Origin: an uncultured Spirochaetota bacterium
Lineage (GTDB): Bacteria > Spirochaetota > Spirochaetia > SZUA-6 > Fen-1364
Assembly: GCA_963820525.1 (NCBI GenBank)
Contig: CAWGAA010000001.1
Coordinates: 1,280,001-1,344,000, forward strand
DNA length: 64,000 bases
Direction: 5' to 3'
Part shown: positions 28,344-40,058 of the stretch, piece after piece
Numbering within the stretch: position 1 is the stretch's first letter
Layout of the letters: each line of letters opens with the position of its first letter
The notes under the pieces: model-generated
Databases searched by the model: none
Told to the model about the DNA's origin: nothing
What the model saw: the letters and a program-made list of their open reading frames with translations, nothing else
Program-made: the position numbers and the translations under genes

Positions 28344-28571
28344 CTATAAGTTCTCTAAGAACTCTTCCTCGCTAACCTGGGCTAACTTGAGGATGTTATG
28401 CAAAGTCCCCACCGCCACTTCCCTGTGTAACGGGACAACACAGCCAATGTCGCCCCCCGCGAGTTTCTTCCTGAGAACAACGTGACTACCGCGTTGCCTG
28501 ACTTGAATAAATCCAAGCCGTTCAAGCGCCGCTATCGTCTCCTTGCCGGAAACACGGCGCAGCCTAGACAC
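28344..28571 (-). CDS. hicA: HicA-family toxin
   Basis: LERLGF..VRQRGSHV..VPLH.EV.VGTL..IL. Confidence 0.92.
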   Translation of the reverse strand: MSRLRRVSGKETIAALERLGFIQVRQRGSHVVLRKKLAGGDIGCVVPLHREVAVGTLHNILKLAQVSEEEFLENL

Positions 28572-28773
28572 TCTGAACCTCGAATGTCGTCACCAAAGAC
28601 CGACTGACTTCAGGAGTAGGGAACTCCTCCAGGTAGAGCTCAGTTGCCTCACGCAGATTTGCGACTGCCTCGTCGATACTGGTTCCCTGGCTCGAAGTGC
28701 CTACCTCAGGACAAAGCGCGACCCACAGGTCGTCTTCTCGATGAACGACAGCGGTAAAAGACCTCATTGCCAT
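28564..28773 (-). CDS. hicB: HicB-family antitoxin (short form)
   Basis: WVALCPEVGTSSQG.SIDEAVANLREATELYLE. Confidence 0.92.
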   Translation of the reverse strand: MAMRSFTAVVHREDDLWVALCPEVGTSSQGTSIDEAVANLREATELYLEEFPTPEVSRSLVTTFEVQSV

Positions 28774-29103
28774 TGCGGATCCCTCCGGAGCCTTCCCAAC
28801 ACGACTATTGTTACCTAAATCTACCCAAATTTGAAGCCCAAGAATAAGCCTTTCAATTTCATTGATCTTTCATCCCATGTGGATGCACTCGTTTGATAAC
28901 TTGCTTCAAGTCCTCAACGAAGACGCGGGTAAGCCTCTTACGAGTGATCCGCTCGCAGCCTAGGATCGCCTTGGAGCAACGGGCTAATCTTTCTCGCTGC
29001 ACTTTTAGTTGGTAAACAATTATCGCGCCAACTTATTCAGGAGCGCTGATCTCAGGTAGGTATTGACCCCTCCCCCCCCTTGCAGGCACCATGCTGTCAA
29101 CCG

Positions 29104-29877
29104 ATGAGAAGCTCCGAGCCTTTCACCAATGCCCATGAGGCCGTCCGTGAAGCGGCCGCACTCATCCGCTCCGCCCATTACCTCACCGCCTTCACGGGCG
29201 CGGGGATCAGCGTGGAGAGCGGCATCCCGCCCTTCCGCGGGGAGGGCGGCCTGTGGAACAAGTACGACCCCCGGTTGCTCGAGCTTGACTACTTCCTGAG
29301 GCATCCTGAAGTCTCCTGGCCCATCCTCCGGGAGATCTTCTACGAGCACTTCGGCAAGGCGCGGCCCAACAGGGCCCACGAAGTGCTTGCAGCTTGGGAG
29401 GCGCGCGGCCTGCTGAAAGTCCTCATCACCCAGAACATCGACAACCTTCACTTCGAGGCCGGCTCGCGGAACGTCGTCGAGTTTCACGGAAACTCACGGA
29501 CCCTTGTCTGCATGGCTTGCCGAAAGAGCCGCCCCGCGGAGCCGAAGCTGCTGGAAGTCCTTCCTCCCCGCTGTCCCTGCGGCGGCATCTACAAGCCGGA
29601 TTTCATCTTCTTTGGAGAGGGGATCCCGCCGCGCGCCCTGGCGGAATCTCAGGATGCCGCGCGGAAAACCGATGTCATGCTGGTGGTCGGCTCCACGGGA
29701 GAGGTGTACCCGGCCGCGGCCGTTCCGCGCCAAGCCAAGGACGGCGGCGCAAAAATCATAGAGATAAATCCCTCGATGTCGGAGTTCACAATCTCCGTAA
29801 CCGACCTCTTCATCCCGCTTCAGGCGGGAGAAGCCCTTGCGCTCATCGAGCGGGAGCTCACCGGCACGCAACCATGA
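29104..29877 (+). CDS. cobB: NAD-dependent protein deacylase (sirtuin)
   Basis: [53 protein letters not shown]. Confidence 0.95.
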   Translation: MRSSEPFTNAHEAVREAAALIRSAHYLTAFTGAGISVESGIPPFRGEGGLWNKYDPRLLELDYFLRHPEVSWPILREIFYEHFGKARPNRAHEVLAAWEARGLLKVLITQNIDNLHFEAGSRNVVEFHGNSRTLVCMACRKSRPAEPKLLEVLPPRCPCGGIYKPDFIFFGEGIPPRALAESQDAARKTDVMLVVGSTGEVYPAAAVPRQAKDGGAKIIEINPSMSEFTISVTDLFIPLQAGEALALIERELTGTQP

Positions 29878-30914
29878 AGGAGAATCTGAAGATGAAGCTC
29901 ATAGACCTTCGAAGCGATACCGTCACCCGGCCGTCGCCGGAGATGCGCAAGGCCATGTACGACGCCGAAGTGGGAGACGACGTGTACGGAGAAGACCCCG
30001 CGGTGAACAGGCTCCAAGAGCTGTCGGCCGAGATCACGGGCAAGGAGGCGGCGCTGTTCGTGAGCTCCGGTTCCATGGGGAACCTCATCCCCATCTACCT
30101 CAACTGCGGGCGCGGCAACGAGCTGCTGATCGATTCCCGCGGTCATGTCATCAATTACGAGATGGCATCGATGGCAAACATCGCGGGAAGCCTGCCCGTC
30201 GCCATCCCCACGGAAAAGGGAATCCTCGCGGCGGAGCAGCTTGGGGAGCGCATCAGACCGGACATCTATTACCTTCCCCATACGCGCATGGTGATACTGG
30301 AAAATACCCACAACCTGGCGGGCGGAACCCTCTATCCCCCTTTCGGTCCTCAAAGAGATCCGCTCCTTCACGCGTGAGAAAGGCTTGAGCGTCCACATGG
30401 ATGGGGCCAGGATGTTCAACGCGGCGGTCGCCTCGGGAGCCTCCCCTCGCGAGATCGCGGCCCAGACCGACACGGTGACCTTCTGCCTGTCCAAGGGCCT
30501 GGGTGCCCCGGTGGGCGCCCTGCTCTGCGGAGAGCGGCCGTTCATCCAGGAGGCCAGAAGGGTGAGAAAGATGCTTGGAGGGGGAATGCGGCAGGTGGGG
30601 GTGCTTGCCGCCGCAGGGATCTACGCCCTCAGGCACAACGTCGAGCGCCTGGCCGAAGACCACCAGAACGCGAAGGCCATCGCGCACGCGCTTTCGGTCA
30701 CGAAATGGGCCTCCGTGAATCAGGAGGATGTCGAGACGAACATCGTCTTCGCCCAGACCCTCGGCCCCGCTGACGCAGTTGTAGCGGCCTTGAAGGAGCG
30801 GGGAGGCTGTGCAGCGCCATGGGGAAAAACGCCGTGCGCCTCGTCACGCACCTCGATGTTCCGGCCAAAGACATCGCCGAGGCCGTGAAGATCATCCAGT
30901 CGGTCCGGCTGTAG
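29874..30914 (+). CDS. ltaE: Low-specificity L-threonine aldolase (frameshifts near 30340 and 30805)
   Basis: [50 protein letters not shown]. Confidence 0.9.
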
Positions 30915-30984
30915 AGTGCCCCGTGCGCCGCCCTTTGACTTCCGCGGCGCGCGGGGGTACCTTTTCTTCGAGAGGAGCATTACC

Positions 30985-31194
30985 ATGTACGTAGGGCCCG
31001 CGAACACATATAGCCTGAACCGAGTCAATGATATATTTGGCACCCAGCCCATGCAGGCACAGGAAGGAGTTCGGCCGGACAACGATGCCGATGACGTGGC
31101 GCGGAGGGCTGCCGCGGCCAATACCACGGCCGACCAGACGCGGACTCTGGAAAACCAGGCCGGCCTCGGAAACAGGATAGATACTCTCGCATAA
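30985..31194 (+). CDS. Small hypothetical protein (69 aa)
   Basis: GAGGAG RBS. Ends GLGNRIDTLA, resembling YjfB/motility-protein-like C-termini. Confidence 0.6.
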   Translation: MYVGPANTYSLNRVNDIFGTQPMQAQEGVRPDNDADDVARRAAAANTTADQTRTLENQAGLGNRIDTLA

Positions 31195-31259
31195 GCCGGC
31201 GGCCGGACCGCTTGAAAGGCAGGCGGCCACGCCTCGCTCAGAAGGCCGCGCCCCGACGC

Positions 31260-31826
31260 TCAACCGTAGATTCTCGCTACGATCAGGCTCACCACCTGCA
31301 CCACGATAAAAGAGAGCGCTGTGCCGAGGATGAGCCCCACCGCTACATCGAATACATAGTGGATGCCGATGGCGATGCGAGACAGGACCATGATGGGGCT
31401 CCACACGACGATGGCGATGAACGCAGCGAAAGGACCGGTGATCCAGAAAAGGATCGACAGCATCGAAGCCCGCGCCGCGTGCCCCGAGGGGAAGGAGTAG
31501 GGGTCGGTTCTCCTGTAGATGGCGCCGGAAGTGCCGGGAGGGCGTTTCCTTCTCACCGACATCTTGATGATGACGGTGAGGACCTCGGCCGCAAGCAGTC
31601 CAACCACGATCATGATGACGCGAGCTTTCCATTGGGGCCCGCCGGCCAGCCATGCGCAGACCAGAAGCACGGCCAGCACTACCGCGTCTCCGGAATGAGC
31701 CACGGTCAGGGCGAGCGCGCGAAGAACCTTCCTGTCCTCAGGGATCTGCAGCGGACGGGTGATCGTCTCGTCGAGGGAGCGAAGCTCACGGATAAAGACG
31801 GCGATCCTGCCTTCCGGTTTCTCCAT
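31260..31826 (-). CDS. PAP2-family phosphatase
   Basis: K..VRRKRP, SFPSGHA, SRIAIGIHY..DV. Confidence 0.92.
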   Translation of the reverse strand: MEKPEGRIAVFIRELRSLDETITRPLQIPEDRKVLRALALTVAHSGDAVVLAVLLVCAWLAGGPQWKARVIMIVVGLLAAEVLTVIIKMSVRRKRPPGTSGAIYRRTDPYSFPSGHAARASMLSILFWITGPFAAFIAIVVWSPIMVLSRIAIGIHYVFDVAVGLILGTALSFIVVQVVSLIVARIYG

Positions 31827-31867
31827 GGCGAGTTGTGTACCCGATTTGCTTGACTTTGGCTACCCCC

Positions 31868-34101
31868 GTGAATAGCATCGAATCATCGAACGAGACGCCT
31901 CCCGTCAAAAAGGCCTTTTCCCCGCAAACCCGCAAACCACGATAGAAGGGACCCTCGAGCGCATCCGCTATACGAGCGACGACGATTCCTGGAGCGTCGT
32001 CTCGCTTGTCCTCCGCCTATCGGGCAGAGAGATCACCGCCGTGGGGAGCCTCGCCGGCGCCCAGGTGGGCGAGGGCCTTCGGCTGACGGGCCGATGGACC
32101 GTGCACCCGAAATACGGAGAGAGGTTCCAGGTTCTCTCCTTTTCCACGATAAAGCCGGCCACGGTGGAGGGCATTGAGAGGTACCTCGGTTCCGGCCTGG
32201 TCAAGGGAATCGGGAAGGAGCTTGCCGCGCGCCTGGTGCGGAGGTTCGGCCTGGAGACCCTGGATGTGATCGACGCTCATCCCGGGAAACTGCGGGAGGT
32301 GGAAGGGATCGGCCCGCAGAGGGCGCGCCAGATCGTGGAGGCGTGGCAGGCGGGGCGCGACATCAGGGACCTCATGGTTTTCCTCCAGTCCTATGGAGTC
32401 TCACCGGGGCTGGCGGCACGAATCCACAAGCGCTACGGCAAGGAGGCGCGCAGGCTCATCGAGCAGAACCCCTATCGCCTGGCCGAGGAGATCACCGGCG
32501 TCGGCTTCCTGACGGCGGACCGCATCGCGCTGAAGCTCGACGGCTCCCCCGAATCGCCTCACAGGCTGGAAGCCGGAGCGGTCTTTACCCTCAAGGAGAA
32601 GGGGGAAGAAGGGCATACCCTGGTTGGCCTGGAGGAGCTTGCCGAGGAGTGCGGCCGCCTCTTGGGGCTGGAATCGGGAAAGTGCCTGCAGGCGATCGAC
32701 AGGATGTCCGAGCGCGGCGAGGTAGTGCTCGAGGAGTCCGAGGGTGTCCGCCTGGCCGGGCTTCCGGCACTGGTTGGCGCCGAGGCGGGGTCCGCCGAAC
32801 TTCTGGCCGGCCTGGTCTCCTTCCCCTTCCGTCCGGCTTCGCTCGACATCGAGCGGGAGATCCTTGGCTTCGAAGAGGCCAACGGAATCCACCTCTCTGA
32901 GAATCAGAAGAATGCTGTCCGCCACGCTTGTACGGACAAGGTTTTCGTAGTCACGGGCGGACCCGGTACGGGAAAAACCACGATGCTCAAGGGCATCCTC
33001 GCGGCGCTCACCCGGGCGGGAAGGACCATCCTCCTGTGCGCTCCAACGGGACGGGCCGCCAAGCGAATCGAGGAAGCGACCGGGCGGGAGGCCAGGACCA
33101 TCCACAGGCTCCTGGAATACAGCCCGCAGAAGGGAGGATTCGCCCGCAACCGCTCCAACCAGCTCTCATGCGACGTTCTGATCGCGGATGAGGCTTCGAT
33201 GATCGACATCGGCCTGTTCCACCAGCTCCTCCAGGCCCTGCCCACTCACTGCCAACTCATCCTTGTGGGGGACAAGGATCAGCTGCCTTCGGTGGGGCCG
33301 GGAAACGTCCTGGGAGACCTTATCCGGTCCGCCGTTGTGCCGGTTATTCATCTCACGGAGGTGTTCCGTCAGGCGGAGCGAAGCTCGATCGTGCTCAACG
33401 CGCATAAAATCAACGCGGGGGAGCTTCCCTCGCTCAAGCAGGAGGAGCTTTCGGATTTCTTCTTTATTGAAAGGAGCGAGCCTGAAGAGATCATAGAGAC
33501 CCTCCACGAGCTCATCCGCCGAAGAATTCCCAACCGCTTCGGCCTCGATCCGATGCAGGACATCCAGGTCCTCACTCCCATGCAGAGGGGGACCCTGGGC
33601 GCCGTGGCGCTCAATCGCGACATCCAGGGAATCCTGAACCCCGACTCCCCGGCCCTCTGGGCGGGCGCAACGGCCTTTCGCCTGGGAGACAGGGTGATGC
33701 AGCTGCACAACGACTACGAGCGGGGGGTCTATAACGGAGACATCGGGAGGATCGATTCGGTTGACGAGTCGCGGCAGTCGGTGTCGGTGCGCTTCGACGG
33801 GCGGCCCGTCTCCTACGACCGCGAGGATCTGGACGGGATTTCCCTTGCATACGCCTGCACCGTGCACAAGGCCCAAGGCAGTGAGTTTCCGGCGGTCATC
33901 GTCCTGCTTCACACCCAGCACTACGTGCTTCTGGCGCGAAACCTTCTCTACACGGCGGTGACCCGCGGAAGGCGCCTCACGGTAATCGTGGGAAGCAGGA
34001 AGGCCCTCGCCATCGCGGTCAAAAGCTCTCAAGCACGGACGCGCACCACGGGTTTGACCATGAAGCTGAAAAAGGCAATGGAGGCGCGCCGCCCGGCGTA
34101 G
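31868..34101 (+). CDS. recD2: RecD2-like SF1B helicase (start uncertain; probable frameshift near 31910)
   Basis: YLGSG.VKGIG, NPYRL, TGGPGTGKTT, APTGRAAK, DEASM, LPSVGPG, TVHKAQGSEF, YTAVTRG. The frame is open upstream of 32041. Confidence 0.93.
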
Positions 34102-34174
34102 CCCTGCGTCGCGCGGCAAGTATCAGCGGTGCTCGGGCGCCTCTTGAGCATGGAGCGACTCCTCTCCGAGGTCC

Positions 34175-35992
34175 CTACCTCCCGTAGAGGGGGCCGAGGG
34201 CGGCGCATGCGCGATAGTCTGCGCCCTCGGATTCGGCGTCTCCGAAGTTCGACCAGTACTTGGGCCGGAATACATCCTGGCCGGGCACGTTGTGCATTGC
34301 CACGGGGATGCGGAAGATCGAGGCCAGGGCGATGAGGTCCGCCCCGATATGGCCATAACTGATGGCTCCGTGGTTTGCTCCCCAGGCGTTCATCACGGAG
34401 TACACGTCACGGAAGGCCCCGCTTCCGGTGAGGCGCGGCGCGAACCAGGTGGTAGGCCACGAGGGATCCGTCCTGACCATGACCGGCTTCGCGATCTCCT
34501 GGGGCAGCTCCACCGTGGAGCCCTCAGCGATCTGGAGAGACGGCCCGAGGCCAGCGGCCATGTTGAGCCTGGCCATCGTGGCCGGCATTCCTCCGCGCGT
34601 CTCGAACTCGGATGAAAACCCTCCGCCCCGGAAATACTCGAGCACGGCGGGGCAGAAGCGGGCGGCCTCCAGGCAGCGGCCCGCCTCCTCGGGCGAGATT
34701 TCCCAGTACTGCTTCAGCGCAGGCTTTCCATCCCGGGACTGCTGCCCCGTGCCGTCGAGGCATGTGGATCCCGAGTTGATGAGGTGCAGGAAGCCGCCCG
34801 AGGCCTCCCGTGCAAGGCTCTTTCCCGTCACCCGCTTCACGGCCTCCGGGCTCCAGAACGTGCGGACGTCCGAGAAGATCTGGGCGGTGCCGGTGAGCAG
34901 GTGCCCGAAGAGCATCGAGATTCCGTTGAGGTAGTCGTTCTCCGTGGCCAACACGAACGGCTCGCGGATTCCGTTCCAATCGAAGGATGTGTTGAGAATC
35001 GTCTCCATGAAATCCCCGTTGGGGAAATGGTCGGTCCACTGCCGCTGGCCCTGGAACCCGGCGGCGATCGCGTTGTGCCCGAGGGCCTCCTCGGGGAAGC
35101 CGAGCTCGGCAAGGCGCGGGTTTCCCACCATCAGGTCACGACAGGCGAGAGCCATGAGAACGGATGTCCGCCAGTCCGCGTCCTTCTGGGCGCGCGTCCT
35201 TTGCCGCTCCTCGGGATTCCGGTCGATCCCCTCGGCGCAATTCTCCTTGACCCAGGAGAGGGCGCGAGCGAGCTCGTCGGGATCGAAGATTTTCTCCTCG
35301 ATCCTTCGCGTGAGCTCCGACATGTCCACCATTTCGGATCTCATGCCCAGCCACGCCTCCAGGAATCGAGGGTTCACGATGGAGCCGGCGATGCCCATGG
35401 AAACTCCGCCGACGGCGAGGTACGACTTGCCCCGCAGGGAAGCCGCTGCGAGGCCCGCGCGCGCGAAGCGCAGGAGCTTCTCCCGCACGTCCTGGGGGAT
35501 GGTGGTATCCGATGAATCCTGCACGTCGCGGCCGTAGATGCCGAAGGCGGGGATTCCCTTCTGGGCGTGAGCAGCCAGCGCAGCAGCCAGGTACACGGCC
35601 CCCGGTCTCTCGGTGCCGTTGAATCCCCACACGGCCTTGGGCAAAAGCGGATCCATGTCCATGGTCTCAGCGCCGTAGCACCAGCAGGGGGTCACGGTAA
35701 GGGAAAGTCCCACGCCTTCACGGCTGAACTTCTCCGCCGCCCGGGCCGCCTCGGCGGCGCCTCCGATGCAGGTGTCGGCGATCACGCACTCCACGGGAAG
35801 GCCGTTGGGATGCCTAAGGCTTTCGCCAAACAGCCGTGCGACGGAGCGCGCCATCGCCATGGTCTGGCCCTCCAGGGACTCGCGCACGCCCTGACGCCGG
35901 CCGTCGATGGCCGGCCTGATGCCGATCTTTGGGACGCTCCCCGCGAGCCTGTTGGTCGGCGGGATGGTCCTCATGCCCTTCACTTTCGCCAT
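34175..35992 (-). CDS. fucI: L-fucose isomerase
   Basis: [50 protein letters not shown]. Confidence 0.96.
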   Translation of the reverse strand: MAKVKGMRTIPPTNRLAGSVPKIGIRPAIDGRRQGVRESLEGQTMAMARSVARLFGESLRHPNGLPVECVIADTCIGGAAEAARAAEKFSREGVGLSLTVTPCWCYGAETMDMDPLLPKAVWGFNGTERPGAVYLAAALAAHAQKGIPAFGIYGRDVQDSSDTTIPQDVREKLLRFARAGLAAASLRGKSYLAVGGVSMGIAGSIVNPRFLEAWLGMRSEMVDMSELTRRIEEKIFDPDELARALSWVKENCAEGIDRNPEERQRTRAQKDADWRTSVLMALACRDLMVGNPRLAELGFPEEALGHNAIAAGFQGQRQWTDHFPNGDFMETILNTSFDWNGIREPFVLATENDYLNGISMLFGHLLTGTAQIFSDVRTFWSPEAVKRVTGKSLAREASGGFLHLINSGSTCLDGTGQQSRDGKPALKQYWEISPEEAGRCLEAARFCPAVLEYFRGGGFSSEFETRGGMPATMARLNMAAGLGPSLQIAEGSTVELPQEIAKPVMVRTDPSWPTTWFAPRLTGSGAFRDVYSVMNAWGANHGAISYGHIGADLIALASIFRIPVAMHNVPGQDVFRPKYWSNFGDAESEGADYRACAALGPLYGR

Positions 35993-36038
35993 TGCAGGTC
36001 CCTCCTTCCGTCAGAGTCGAAGATGGACGCGCCGCGGG

Positions 36039-37736
36039 CTAGCCAGCGGCGAAGTGCCTGCTCTTCAGGAAAAAAGCCTCGGCTTCATTGGTCCAGTATT
36101 CGCCGTCGAGGAGGAGCCGCCCCATCTCCGGCAGATCCCGGGCCAGCTCCTTCACGGATTTCAGGCCGACCCCCCGGGCAAAGGGGAAGATCACGACCTT
36201 TCCCGTGTAGGTGCCGTCCATGAGCGCCTTCATGCCCCGGGAGGCGGCGAACATGTCGCCGACGGCGGCAAGGGAGAGGGCCGTCGAAAGCTTCCTCGAC
36301 TCCACAAGGGCCAGGGTATCCTTCATCGCGGAAAGGGGCGAACCGGAGGAGCCGGTGATCCTCGCCCGGCCGCGCACGACCTCCGCGAGGGGTATCTCGG
36401 CGATGGTTCCGATCTTCACCCCCGCGAAGATATTGAGCACCCCGCAGGGGGCGAGGTAAGCGGAGACCTGGGAGATCACGGCGGACAGAGGAACCAGGAC
36501 AATGATGTCGTCGAATCCGCCGGGGAACTCCCTGCCCACGAATGTGTCAAGATCGTCGCCGTTCAGATCCTTGGAGTTCATGAAGGTGATGGAGACCTGC
36601 CTGCCGCAGCTCTGCGAGATGAGAGAGACGAGGTGCTTGAGGCTCTCCAGGCGCTCTTCGGAATGATCCGTGACCAGGATGTGTCCGGGACCCTTCGCGT
36701 CGCACACCGCCTTGATCACGTGCATCTGGCCCATGGGCCCCGCGCCTCCCACGAACCAGGCCTTTCCCCCGGCGACGAGAGTCTCACGGGTATTGGCGGC
36801 ATAGGAGGAAAGCACCGCGCCGTTCAGGGAGCCGACGAACGCGATATTTCTATAGTGGACCTTGCCCACATCCAGGGGGAGCATGACATCCGGCTCGCTG
36901 GTATGGAGCCCGATCACCCCGTTCGCGTCGAGCGAGTCTACCAGACGGGAGAACTCCTCCCGCTCGGGGGTTCCTGCGCACACGATATCGCTCGGGGCGG
37001 GCCCTGCTCCGCCCGGCGCCTCGGCCTCGACGGGCGCGCCGCATGCGCGCGCCATCCGCTCGACTCCCTGCAGGTTCTCCGCCGAGAGTCCCCGGTGGAT
37101 GATCTTCGCGATTTTGCGGGATTCGAAGCCTCCAAGGTCCAGCGGCACCTGCCCCCGCGGGAAACCGCGCAGGAGCAGCACGGCATCCTGCCGCGGCTCC
37201 GTCCTCGCGGCGATCTGGTAGGCGGCGATCACGCACGTCCACGGCTCCACGAGCGCGGCCTCCGCGTATCCGGTACCGGGGTGAACGGGAATCAGGTAGC
37301 ACCCCTCGTCCCCGTCCAGCACCTCGGGGCCGATCACGACGTACTGCGAAAGGCCGCCCGGGATGACGTAGCCGAATGCAGTGCTCTTGCCCCGGTAAAA
37401 GACATCGGCCTGGATGATGTATCGACTGCCGGGGCTGAACTTTCCCTTCCATCTCTCCCCGACGCCGACGACAGTCATCGATACCTCGTGGCCGGGGACC
37501 GTGGGGTTCGCCGTGAGGTCCCGGCCCAGGATCCTGGGGTGAGTGTTGCCCGAGGAGATCAGCTTGATGTCGGAAAAGCACAATCCGCACGCATCCACCC
37601 GGGCAATGAGATCCTCCTCACCGTACCTGGGGAAGGGAACGAGATCCGGCTTTCCCCCGGTGCCGAACTTCTCGAGCCCCTGGCCCGAAAGCCGCCAGGA
37701 AAGGATCTCCTGGGGCAGCTTCTCGTGGATCTCCAT
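36039..37736 (-). CDS. Zn-binding MDR dehydrogenase, L-sorbose-1-phosphate-reductase-like (extended)
   Basis: CGLCFSD.K, PGHE, GGAGPMG.MH. Confidence 0.8.
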   Translation of the reverse strand: MEIHEKLPQEILSWRLSGQGLEKFGTGGKPDLVPFPRYGEEDLIARVDACGLCFSDIKLISSGNTHPRILGRDLTANPTVPGHEVSMTVVGVGERWKGKFSPGSRYIIQADVFYRGKSTAFGYVIPGGLSQYVVIGPEVLDGDEGCYLIPVHPGTGYAEAALVEPWTCVIAAYQIAARTEPRQDAVLLLRGFPRGQVPLDLGGFESRKIAKIIHRGLSAENLQGVERMARACGAPVEAEAPGGAGPAPSDIVCAGTPEREEFSRLVDSLDANGVIGLHTSEPDVMLPLDVGKVHYRNIAFVGSLNGAVLSSYAANTRETLVAGGKAWFVGGAGPMGQMHVIKAVCDAKGPGHILVTDHSEERLESLKHLVSLISQSCGRQVSITFMNSKDLNGDDLDTFVGREFPGGFDDIIVLVPLSAVISQVSAYLAPCGVLNIFAGVKIGTIAEIPLAEVVRGRARITGSSGSPLSAMKDTLALVESRKLSTALSLAAVGDMFAASRGMKALMDGTYTGKVVIFPFARGVGLKSVKELARDLPEMGRLLLDGEYWTNEAEAFFLKSRHFAAG

Positions 37737-37897
37737 GGCTTCTCCTTGATGGTCTGCGAGCGGTTCGCGGTGCTTCTCGCCGAGCTCTAGCAATAAGGTA
37801 TCATGGGGTCCCATCGGCGGCAATCCCACGGAGGCGCTCACTTGCCGGTGACAGGGCCGCGTGGTAGCTTAGCCAGGGCAACGTCGTGGAGGTGCCA

Positions 37898-39061
37898 ATG
37901 CAGAGAAAGATCCGCATGGGTATGATCGGCGGCGGCAGGGGCGCGTTCATCGGCGCGGTTCACCGAATGGCAGCGGCCCTCGACGGACAAATAGCCCTTG
38001 TCTGCGGCTGCTTCAGCTCGGACCCCCAAAGGTCCAGGGAATCGGGAGCGGACCTCTTTCTCCCACCGGATCGCGTCTACCCGAGCTTCCCGGAAATGCT
38101 TCAGAAGGAGAAGAAGCTGCCTGAGGGCGAGCGGATGGACTTCGTCTCCATCGTGACGCCCAACAACGTGCACTTCCCCGCGGCCAAGGCCGCCCTTGAG
38201 AGCGGCTTCCACGTCGTGTGCGACAAGCCCATGACCATGAGCCTTCAAGAAGCCAGGGACCTGGCCTCCCTCGTGGAGAAGACGGGCCTTCAGTTCTGCC
38301 TCACCCACACCTACACGGGCTACCCCATGGTCAAGGAAGCCCGGGAGATCGTGACGGGAGGCAGGCTCGGCACGGTGAGAAAGATCATTGTCGAATACCC
38401 TCAGGGATGGCTCTCCACGCTCCTGGAATCGACGGGGAACAAGGGGGCCTCCTGGCGCACCGATCCCGCGCGCGCCGGGGCCAGCTCCGTCATCGGCGAC
38501 ATCGGCAGCCACTGCGAGAACCTTGCGGAGTACATCACCGGCCTTCCCATCTCCGAGCTGTGCGCGGACCTCACCACCTTCGTCGCGGGAAGGAGGCTGG
38601 ACGACGACGGCGCCGTGCTCCTGCGCATGGAGGGCGGCGCGCGCGGGGTTCTGTTCGCCAGCCAGGTGGCCGCCGGCGAGGAGAACTCGCTCGCCATCAG
38701 GGTCTACGGCGAGAAGGGCGGGCTTGAATGGCATCAGATGGAGCCGAACACGCTCATCATCAAATGGCAGGACAGGCCCGTGGAGATCCTGCGCACGGGA
38801 AGCGGCTTCTCCTGGCTCTCCGCGCGGGCGCAGGCAAACACCCGGCTTCCGGCGGGACACCCCGAGGGCTACATCGAGGCATTCGCCAACCTCTACAGGA
38901 ACTTCGCTCTGGCTCTCGCCGCGCGGCTGGACGGCGGAAAGCCGAAGAGCGGGCACCTCGACTTCCCGACGGTGAAAGACGGAGTGCGCGGAATGGCCTT
39001 CATTGAAACCGTCGTGGAGAGCGCAAAGAGCGACCACAAGTGGACGCGGATGAAAGGATGA
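37898..39061 (+). CDS. Gfo/Idh/MocA oxidoreductase
   Basis: GMIGGGRGAFIG.VH, CDKP, DIGSH, GHPEGY.EAF. Confidence 0.93.
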   Translation: MQRKIRMGMIGGGRGAFIGAVHRMAAALDGQIALVCGCFSSDPQRSRESGADLFLPPDRVYPSFPEMLQKEKKLPEGERMDFVSIVTPNNVHFPAAKAALESGFHVVCDKPMTMSLQEARDLASLVEKTGLQFCLTHTYTGYPMVKEAREIVTGGRLGTVRKIIVEYPQGWLSTLLESTGNKGASWRTDPARAGASSVIGDIGSHCENLAEYITGLPISELCADLTTFVAGRRLDDDGAVLLRMEGGARGVLFASQVAAGEENSLAIRVYGEKGGLEWHQMEPNTLIIKWQDRPVEILRTGSGFSWLSARAQANTRLPAGHPEGYIEAFANLYRNFALALAARLDGGKPKSGHLDFPTVKDGVRGMAFIETVVESAKSDHKWTRMKG

Positions 39062-39065
39062 CGAG

Positions 39066-40058
39066 ATGGCGCGACCAGTAACTCTCTTCACCGGCCAATG
39101 GGTGGACCTCCCCCTCTCCGATCTCGCCCAGAAGGCGAAGGGCTGGGGCTACGACGGCCTGGAGATCGCCTGCTCGGGAGATCACATGGACGTGGAAAAG
39201 GCGGCACGGGACACGGAGTACTGCAAGCGGCAGCTCGGCCTTCTCTCCCGGCACGGCCTTTCGGTGTGGGCCATTTCCAACCACCTGGCCGGACAGCTCG
39301 TGTGCGACCCCAACGCGGATTCGCGCTCCGACGCCTACGCGCCGCCCTCCTGCGCGGGAAACCCCGAGAAGAAGCGCACCTGGGCCGTCGAGGCCCTGAA
39401 GAACACGGCGCGCGGTGCGAAGAACCTCGGGGTGAAGACGGTCTGCGGCTTCACCGGGTCCTCTATCTGGCACCTTTTCTACAGCTTCCCTCCCGTCACG
39501 CGCCAGATGATCGATGAGGGCTTCGCCTTTTTTGCTAAAATGTGGAACCCCATCCTCGACGTGTTCGACGAGTGCGGAGTCCGCTTCGCCCTCGAAGTCC
39601 ATCCCACGGAGATCGCCTTTGACCTTCACACGGCCAGGAGGGCGCTCGCGGCCGTGGGCGGGCGGAAGAGCTTCGGGTTCAACTTCGACCCCAGCCACCT
39701 CCACTGGCAGATGGTGGACCCTCCCGCGTTCCTCCGGGAGTTCCCCGACAGGATCTTCCATGTCCACATGAAGGATGCCTCCATCGAGCTGGACGGACGC
39801 TCCGGGATCCTCGGCTCGCACCTCGATTTCGGCCATCCCGACAGGGGATGGGATTTCCGCTCGCTGGGACACGGGGGCATCGACTTCGAGGAGATCATCC
39901 GCGCCCTGAACGGCATCGGCTATGACGGGCCCCTGTCGGTGGAATGGGAAGACTCGGGGATGGAACGGGAGCACGGGGCCGCGGAATCCCTGGAGTTCGT
40001 CCGGAAGCTGGATTTCCCCGCCATGAAGCTCACGTTCGATTCAGCCTGCGGCAAATGA
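39066..40058 (+). CDS. Sugar phosphate isomerase/epimerase (TIM barrel)
   Basis: LFTGQW, EVHPTEIAFD, DPSH, HVHMKD, SVEWED. Confidence 0.92.
   Translation: MARPVTLFTGQWVDLPLSDLAQKAKGWGYDGLEIACSGDHMDVEKAARDTEYCKRQLGLLSRHGLSVWAISNHLAGQLVCDPNADSRSDAYAPPSCAGNPEKKRTWAVEALKNTARGAKNLGVKTVCGFTGSSIWHLFYSFPPVTRQMIDEGFAFFAKMWNPILDVFDECGVRFALEVHPTEIAFDLHTARRALAAVGGRKSFGFNFDPSHLHWQMVDPPAFLREFPDRIFHVHMKDASIELDGRSGILGSHLDFGHPDRGWDFRSLGHGGIDFEEIIRALNGIGYDGPLSVEWEDSGMEREHGAAESLEFVRKLDFPAMKLTFDSACGK

Noticed and set aside
35907..37790. Long antisense ORFs (e.g. 35907-37790, 37838-39091, 48897-50477)
   Set aside because: These are shadow ORFs of real genes in high-GC DNA, with no motifs of their own.
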